A DNA stretch of 64,000 bases from an uncultured bacterium (lineage in GTDB: Bacteria; Actinomycetota; Acidimicrobiia; Spongiisociales; UBA5794): the NCBI GenBank assembly GCA_963801165.1, contig CAWDDT010000011.1, positions 384,001 to 448,000 on the forward strand, read 5' to 3'. Below, piece after piece: positions 58,291 to 64,000 of this stretch. A program made the position numbers and the translations under genes. How positions within the stretch are numbered: position 1 is the stretch's first letter; every line of letters begins with the position of its first letter. Under the pieces are notes generated by a model. The model worked only from the letters and a program-made list of their open reading frames with translations. It made no database searches and had not been told where the DNA came from.

Positions 58291-58779
58291 ATGGAGTTAA
58301 CGATCAATGTCAACGGAGAGCGCTGGGACATCGATGTCGCCCCCAACGATGTGCTTCTCGACGTCCTCCGCGAGAGGGTCGGTGTCAAGAGCCCCAAGAT
58401 CGGATGCGAGCGTGGGGACTGTGGATCGTGCACCATCCTTCTCGACGGAACCACTGTCCGCAGCTGTCTCGTGCTGGCGATCGAAGTCGACGGTCATGGG
58501 ATAACCACCGTCGAAGGTATCGGCCATGACGAGCTCAGCCACTTACAGAATCTGCTGCTCCAAAACAACTCGTTCCAGTGTGGGTTCTGCGCACCGGGTA
58601 TCGTGCTGGCGGCCACCGAGCTGCTCGACAACAACCCGAACCCGACCCGACATGACGTTCAGGAGGCTCTTGCCGGCAACCTGTGCCGGTGCACCGGATA
58701 CGAACCGATAATCGAAGCGGTCTTGAGGGCGGGTCATCCCGTTGAATCGGGGGCCGACTTGCAGGGAGGTACCACGTGA
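58291..58779 (+). CDS. Molybdenum hydroxylase 2Fe-2S subunit (CoxS/XdhC-like)
   Basis: GCERGDCGSCT, SCL, QCGFCAPG, NLCRCTGY. Confidence 0.95.
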   Translation: MELTINVNGERWDIDVAPNDVLLDVLRERVGVKSPKIGCERGDCGSCTILLDGTTVRSCLVLAIEVDGHGITTVEGIGHDELSHLQNLLLQNNSFQCGFCAPGIVLAATELLDNNPNPTRHDVQEALAGNLCRCTGYEPIIEAVLRAGHPVESGADLQGGTT

Positions 58780-61154
58780 CCACGACATATCCGTTCGAAG
58801 CCGACGCACCCGTCAAAGAGCTGCAATCAGTCGGCACCGGGGCGATCCGCATCGACGGTCTGGAGAAGATCAGCGGCGCCGCTCAGTTCGTCGACGACAT
58901 CGACTTCGGCCCCGGGTTGCTGCACGCAGCCATCCTGGAGAGCCCGCACGCTCATGCCCGCATCGTCTCGATAGACACAGCTAAGGCTGAGAACGCTCCG
59001 GGCGTGGTGAAAGTCGTGACCGGCAAGGACTTCCCGTACAAGTTCGGCATGTACATGGAGGACCGCTACATCTTCGCCCAGGATCACGTCCGGTTTGCCG
59101 GCGAGCAGGTCGCCGGTGTAATCGCCCGTTCCCATCGGCAAGCCGTCCAGGCGCTCGAGCTGATCGACGTCGAGTACGACGTGCTGACACCGCTGTTCGA
59201 TCCCAAGGAGGCGGTGGCAGACGGAGCAGATCTAATCCACCCGGATCTCGGCAACTACACCCATGTGCCCTGGTTCTTCCCGACTGCGAACACCAACATC
59301 GCCCACTGGCGCAAGGTCCGCAAAGGCGATACCGAGAAGGCGTTTGCCGAGGCGGACTTCGTCCTGGCCGACACTTACCGGGTTCCCCGTTACGCCCACT
59401 GCGCCATCGAGCCGCACGTCACGGTAAGCAAGCTCGACCATGCCGGCAGGTTGACCGTTTGGACCGCATCGCAATCGCCGCATACCCAGCGGCACCTCTT
59501 CGCCGAGGCACTTGCCCCCCTCGGGTTCACCCACAAAGACGTCAGGGTGATCACCCCGTACATCGGTGGCGGCTTCGGCGGCAAGGCCGGGGTCTCGATG
59601 GAGATCATGGGGGCGGCCATGGCCACCCTGGTCAAGGGCCGGCCGATCAAGATGCGTTGGACGCGGGAACAGGAGTTCTACAACACCTACCAGCGCCAGG
59701 GCGTCATCGCCGAGTTGAAGGTCGGCGTCATGAACGACGGCACCATCACCGCGGTCGAGCACAAGCTCTACTGGGACGCAGGCGCTTACGTCGAATACGG
59801 CGCAAACGTGGTCAACGCCGCCGGTCTTTCGGCGAGCGGTCCCTACCGGGTGCCCAACATCACCAACGACTCGCTGTGCGTCTACACCAACCTGCCGCCC
59901 GGTGGGCCGTACCGCGGCTTCGGGTACTCGGAGTTCCACTTCGGTCTCGAATCGCACATGGACCGCATCGCCGAGGCGATCGGGATGGACCCGGTGGAGT
60001 TCCGCAAGAAGAACGCCATAGAGGAGGGCGACGAGCTCGCCTACGGCGCCCATATGAACCCGTCGGGTCTCATCGAGGCGATCGACAAGGTTGCTGCCGC
60101 CATCGAATGGGGCGTCCCGGAGGAATCGGCTAACCCGAACACAGTGATGGGCAAGGGAATCGCGTGCTTCTGGAAGGCGCCGGCGATGCCGCCAAACGCC
60201 TCGTCTGCCTCGTTTCTCAAGTTCAACGAAGACGGCAGCATCAACATCAGCGTGTCCGGCATGGAGCTAGGGCAGGGCTACCTGACCGTGATGGCCCAGA
60301 TCGCTTCGGAGATCCTCACCGTTCCGGTGGCGAAGATCAGGGTCGAGACACCCGATACCGACCGCAACCCGTACGAATGGCAGACGGTCGCCTCCCACGT
60401 CACGTGGAGCTCGGGGCTCGCTGTCGAGAAGGCAGCGGTGGAGGCGCGGGCGAAGATCTTCGAGGTGATCCACGAGGCCTACGGCTACGAGGACGACTCG
60501 CTGTACCTGGAGGACGAGAGTGTCCGCTGCACGACCGACCCGGGGTTCGCCAAACCACTACGTGAATTCGTCATCGACGGCATCCAGACCGACGACGGCA
60601 CCTGGAGGGGCGGACCGATCATCGCCAGCGGAAAGTTCATGCCCGATTTCACAAACGCCAACAGCGATCCCGAGACCGGGCAAGGCGGACATCCCAACGT
60701 CCATTACACGGTCGGCACCTGCGGGGTGGTGCTCGAGATCGACAAGGACACCGGGCGGATCTGGGTACGCAAAGCGGCACTCGCGGTCGACGCCGGTCGT
60801 GCCATCAACCCGGACCTTGTCAAAGGGCAGATCGTCGGCGGTCTGGTGCAAGGCCTCGCCACCGTGCTCTATGAGGACATGCGCTTCGACGAGAACGGCA
60901 AGATGCTGAATCCGACGTTCACCGACTACAAGATCCCGACGGCCTTCGACATCCCGGACGAGATCGTACCGATCATCGTCGAGGTGCCCCAGCCCGACGG
61001 CCCGTTCGGAGCCCGCGGGGTCGGCGAGCACACCATGATCGCCGCAGCCCCTGCGATCGCCAACGCGGTCTACAACGCTCTGGGAACCCGTATCACGTCG
61101 ATGCCGGTCACCCAGGAGAAGATTGCAATGTCGCTACTCGAGAAGAGGAGTTGA
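58776..61154 (+). CDS. Molybdenum hydroxylase large (molybdopterin) subunit, xanthine dehydrogenase family
   Basis: IGGGFGGK, PYRGFG, ELGQG, GQIVGG, DYKIPT, GARGVGE; lacks the AYxCSFR motif of aerobic CO dehydrogenase. Confidence 0.93.
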   Translation: MTTTYPFEADAPVKELQSVGTGAIRIDGLEKISGAAQFVDDIDFGPGLLHAAILESPHAHARIVSIDTAKAENAPGVVKVVTGKDFPYKFGMYMEDRYIFAQDHVRFAGEQVAGVIARSHRQAVQALELIDVEYDVLTPLFDPKEAVADGADLIHPDLGNYTHVPWFFPTANTNIAHWRKVRKGDTEKAFAEADFVLADTYRVPRYAHCAIEPHVTVSKLDHAGRLTVWTASQSPHTQRHLFAEALAPLGFTHKDVRVITPYIGGGFGGKAGVSMEIMGAAMATLVKGRPIKMRWTREQEFYNTYQRQGVIAELKVGVMNDGTITAVEHKLYWDAGAYVEYGANVVNAAGLSASGPYRVPNITNDSLCVYTNLPPGGPYRGFGYSEFHFGLESHMDRIAEAIGMDPVEFRKKNAIEEGDELAYGAHMNPSGLIEAIDKVAAAIEWGVPEESANPNTVMGKGIACFWKAPAMPPNASSASFLKFNEDGSINISVSGMELGQGYLTVMAQIASEILTVPVAKIRVETPDTDRNPYEWQTVASHVTWSSGLAVEKAAVEARAKIFEVIHEAYGYEDDSLYLEDESVRCTTDPGFAKPLREFVIDGIQTDDGTWRGGPIIASGKFMPDFTNANSDPETGQGGHPNVHYTVGTCGVVLEIDKDTGRIWVRKAALAVDAGRAINPDLVKGQIVGGLVQGLATVLYEDMRFDENGKMLNPTFTDYKIPTAFDIPDEIVPIIVEVPQPDGPFGARGVGEHTMIAAAPAIANAVYNALGTRITSMPVTQEKIAMSLLEKRS

Positions 61155-61160
61155 GCGCAC

Positions 61161-61919
61161 ATGTCTGTTGATCTGGAGAAGATCCTGCGGCCGGTCGAGC
61201 ATCCGATGACGCCGTACGATCCCAAATACATGATGCTCGCCAGCGGTGAGGCGGTGGTGGTCCGGCAGGTGTTCCGGGACGAGATCCCCGATCTCCTCAA
61301 GCACGTCGAGCCGCTGATCCATGTAGAGCGCGACTTCTACGACGTTGTGGCGGCCCGCGTCTACGCCGAGCTGCTCGGCTACTACAGATACCGGTTCCAA
61401 GACCAGTACGTGCTGGCACTCCAGGTCGACGGCGAGCTGGCTGCCATCGTCAACGGGCGCCAGATCAACCCCAAGCTGGGTCTGTCGCTGCACACGCTGG
61501 CAATGCGGCGCGGGCTACGGGTGGGCGCGCACGGGTTCGCCGCCAAGATGGAGTATCACATCGACACTCTCGGTCACGACGAGGTTCTCGTCGTTGCCGA
61601 GTCCCCGATCGGATTCAGGCGCTGGATGCTCGAGTACGAGTTGGAGAAGCGCTTCGACACTCCCCATGAGCTCGGTGGCGTCCCATCGTGGGCGCTCACC
61701 CGTGAGCTGTTCAACAGGGCCCGTTCCAAGCTGGTTGTGGGGAGACGCCCGGTGCCTCCCGACATCCTCGGCAAGGCAATGGAGAAGATCCTGCCGCCGT
61801 CGGATCCGCCGACACCGCCGCTCGATCCGATGGCCGCCACGAGGGCGCTGTACGACCCGACCGGTACGGCCCTCGTCCAGCAGCGCTGGGAGATGGAGAA
61901 AGGGATGGAGCATGCGTGA
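61161..61919 (+). CDS. Uncharacterised protein, possibly GNAT-fold
   Basis: YVLALQVDGELAAIV strand pair and RRGLRVG motif-A-like segment; tightly spaced within the operon. Confidence 0.55.
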   Translation: MSVDLEKILRPVEHPMTPYDPKYMMLASGEAVVVRQVFRDEIPDLLKHVEPLIHVERDFYDVVAARVYAELLGYYRYRFQDQYVLALQVDGELAAIVNGRQINPKLGLSLHTLAMRRGLRVGAHGFAAKMEYHIDTLGHDEVLVVAESPIGFRRWMLEYELEKRFDTPHELGGVPSWALTRELFNRARSKLVVGRRPVPPDILGKAMEKILPPSDPPTPPLDPMAATRALYDPTGTALVQQRWEMEKGMEHA

Positions 61920-63087
61920 CGTGTACGTAGCCGGGATCGGCATCACCACCTTCACCCGGCTCGAGTACCCGTTGACGGAGATCGCCGCCTACGCCTCGAT
62001 GATGGCTCTCCGGGATGCCGGCGTCACCGAGGTCGACCAGATCTACGTCGCCAATATGGGAGCGGCGAGGATAAACCATCAGACCGCACTTGCCAGTGCC
62101 GTGGCCGACAGCCTCAGCCTGCTTCCGGCGGGCGCCGCCTCTATCGAGAACGGCCCTGCGTCCGGTGCTGCCGCCATCAAGGCCGGCTTCCAGGCGGTTG
62201 CGTCGGGGATGGACGACGTCGTGCTGGTGGCCGGGGCGGAGCGGATGCGCGAGGTCAACAACCTCGAGGCAACCGATTTTGTCGCCACCCTCACCCATCC
62301 GATCACCGAGTACATCTACGGGGTGACCCTGCCGGCGCACGCCGCCATGTTCGCCCGGCTCTACATGGACAGATACGGTGTCACCGAACGGCATCTCGCC
62401 ATGGTCGGCGTCAAGAACCAGAACGCCGCTCTCAACAATCAGTGGGCTCATCTGCAACAGGCGATCACGCTCGAGGGCATCCTCGACTCGCCAGAGGCGA
62501 TGACCAACAACCCGTACGTTGCCGAGCCGTTGCGCTTCTTCGATGCCTGCCCGGTCTCCGATGGCGGGGCAGCTCTTGTGCTGGTCTCCGAGGAGAAGGC
62601 TCGGGAGTTGGGCCGGCCCATGATCCGCATCACAGGGATCGGGCAGGCAACCGACACGCACGCCGTCTTCGAGCGGGAGGAGCCGACAGATCTGCTCGCA
62701 GTTCGCCTGGCGGCAAATGCCGCCTACGAGATGGCGGGCGTCGGCCCCGAGGACATCGACGTCGCGGAATTGCACGACGCTTTCACCATCCTCGAGATCG
62801 CCGAGAGCGAGGAGGTCGGCTTCTTCCCCAAGGGCGAGGGACACCTGGCGTTGGAGAAGGGCGACACCGCGCTCGGCGGCAAGATCCCGATCAACGTCGG
62901 CGGCGGGCTCAAGGGCCGCGGCCACCCGGTGGGGGCAACCGGCGTCGCCCAGGCATGGGAGATCGTCACCCAACTGCGTGGTGACGGCGGCAAGCGTCAG
63001 GTAGAGGGCGCCAGGACCGGGCTGACCCTCAACTTCGGCGGATTCGGCAACAACGTCGTCTGCCTGATTTTCCAGAGGGAGGACTGA
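61912..63087 (+). CDS. SCP2-type thiolase-fold protein lacking the nucleophilic Cys
   Basis: CPVSDGGAA, AELHDAFT, GHPVGATG; ENGPASG where ExACASG is expected. Confidence 0.88.
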   Translation: MRDVYVAGIGITTFTRLEYPLTEIAAYASMMALRDAGVTEVDQIYVANMGAARINHQTALASAVADSLSLLPAGAASIENGPASGAAAIKAGFQAVASGMDDVVLVAGAERMREVNNLEATDFVATLTHPITEYIYGVTLPAHAAMFARLYMDRYGVTERHLAMVGVKNQNAALNNQWAHLQQAITLEGILDSPEAMTNNPYVAEPLRFFDACPVSDGGAALVLVSEEKARELGRPMIRITGIGQATDTHAVFEREEPTDLLAVRLAANAAYEMAGVGPEDIDVAELHDAFTILEIAESEEVGFFPKGEGHLALEKGDTALGGKIPINVGGGLKGRGHPVGATGVAQAWEIVTQLRGDGGKRQVEGARTGLTLNFGGFGNNVVCLIFQRED

Positions 63088-63434
63088 TGGCTCGCGAGAT
63101 CTACGCATACAAGTGTCGGCGGTGCGGGACTTTGCACTACCCGATGCGCATGGTGTGCAAGGGCTGCAAGCAGAACGACTTCTTCGAGTTCGACGCGGTG
63201 CCGCTGCCGAAGACCGGCAAGCTGGTCACCTTCACTACGGTGTACAACCTGCCGGCACAGTACGAGGTACCCACGCTCGGGCTGGGCGTAGTCGAACTCG
63301 AGAACGGGATGCGCATGCTGGGACAGATCGAGATCGACAACCCCAAGATCGGGATGCCGGTCAAGGGGGCGGTCAGAATCGTCCGCCGTGAGGCATACGA
63401 CAACTATTACGGGATGGTCTTCTCCGCGGCGTGA
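63087..63434 (+). CDS. DUF35 Zn-ribbon/OB-fold protein
   Basis: CRRCG..YP..VCKGC, GKLVTFT, GVVELENG; adjacent to thiolase. Confidence 0.9.
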   Translation: MAREIYAYKCRRCGTLHYPMRMVCKGCKQNDFFEFDAVPLPKTGKLVTFTTVYNLPAQYEVPTLGLGVVELENGMRMLGQIEIDNPKIGMPVKGAVRIVRREAYDNYYGMVFSAA

Positions 63435-63469
63435 CCGGCGGCTCGGTACCAAAGACGCCGTCCTGCTTC

Positions 63470-63510
63470 CGGCGTATCTGAGGCCGGTGTCCCGGCACCA
63501 TATACGCAGG
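63470..63510. repeat. REP-like palindrome, third (solo) copy
   Basis: GCGTAT-ctga-GGCCGG-tgtc-CCGGCA-ccat-ATACGC (63472-63507); same 36-bp layout as the copies at 19375 and 20419. Confidence 0.7.
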
Positions 63511-63532
63511 AACCAGACGTGGTCGTGACCCT

Positions 63533-64000
63533 CTACATCATGCCCCGCAACGCGGTGCGGAAGGTGTCCTGGACGATGTGGAGCACACCGTCCATCGTCT
63601 CGGGGACGAGCAAAAGGACTGCGCCGACGCTGGCGAACGCGGCGAACAGCTTGATCGGCAGGCCGATGAGGAACACGTTGGACTGCGGGGCGAACCGGGC
63701 GGCGATGCCGAGGACGACCTCCGCAATGAACAGAGCAGCCAGCGCCGGCATCGCCATCTCGACCGCCCCGATGAGCATGCGGCCCATCAGGTCGAGAGCG
63801 ACGTCGGCGAGCCCGCCCGACAAGGCGATAGTCCCCGTGATCGGCACGGCGTCGAAGCTGAGGCGGAGACCGGCTACGAGCAGATGGTCACCGCCGAGCA
63901 CTAGAAACAGGGTCACCGCCATCACGTTGAAGATCCGGCCGAAGATGGTGACCCGGTCATTGGACATCGGGTCGAAGACCTGCGCCACGCTCAAGCTCGA
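63533..64000 (-). CDS. fliR: Flagellar export protein FliR (5-prime truncated by window edge)
   Basis: QVFDP, GGDHLL..SF..VP, LGIAARFAPQSNVFLIGLPIK. Confidence 0.93.
   Translation of the reverse strand, partial: SSLSVAQVFDPMSNDRVTIFGRIFNVMAVTLFLVLGGDHLLVAGLRLSFDAVPITGTIALSGGLADVALDLMGRMLIGAVEMAMPALAALFIAEVVLGIAARFAPQSNVFLIGLPIKLFAAFASVGAVLLLVPETMDGVLHIVQDTFRTALRGMM

Noticed and set aside
58776-61154. Aerobic CO dehydrogenase (coxMSL gene order)
   Set aside because: Active-site loop is PYRGFG rather than AYxCSFR, so it is a generic Mo-hydroxylase

Overview
High-GC bacterial DNA; the gene content (F420-dependent enzymes, actinobacterial-type FlgN, a Cys-containing SLH protein, apparent leaderless TANNNT starts) suggests an actinobacterium, probably Acidimicrobiia (inference). 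From left to right it holds: adenosine deaminase and a DUF4015-like lipoprotein; a divergent ECF-sigma/partner plus S8 protease/TPR-CHAT module; Rrf2 and aceE; FetAB-like ABC genes, F420 enzymes and two-component genes; an AbiEi-DUF559 gene bracketed by inverted palindromic repeats; an FtsX-type ABC exporter; paaABCDE with a 22-bp palindromic operator; and a large flagellar region (fliS, fliD, three flagellins, EAL-HDOD, FliA/WhiG sigma, flbD, flgE, degenerate GGDEF, two flgN, flgKL, fliW, csrA, FlhF-like, flhA, flhB, fliR). Between flhB and fliR lies an oppositely oriented 10-gene catabolic cluster: barbiturase, AllH/AllF/AllG-like genes, a Mo-hydroxylase, a GNAT-like protein, a Cys-less thiolase and DUF35. 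The best candidates for undescribed biology are (1) an oxidative pyrimidine pathway using an oxamate-transcarbamylase-like complex instead of ureidomalonase, (2) a sigma28-driven ANGGA-hairpin RNA near csrA/fliW, (3) the CHAT/S8/ECF proteolytic module, and (4) the repeat-flanked AbiEi-DUF559 cassette. All calls come from reading the sequence and remembered family motifs; no database searches were run.
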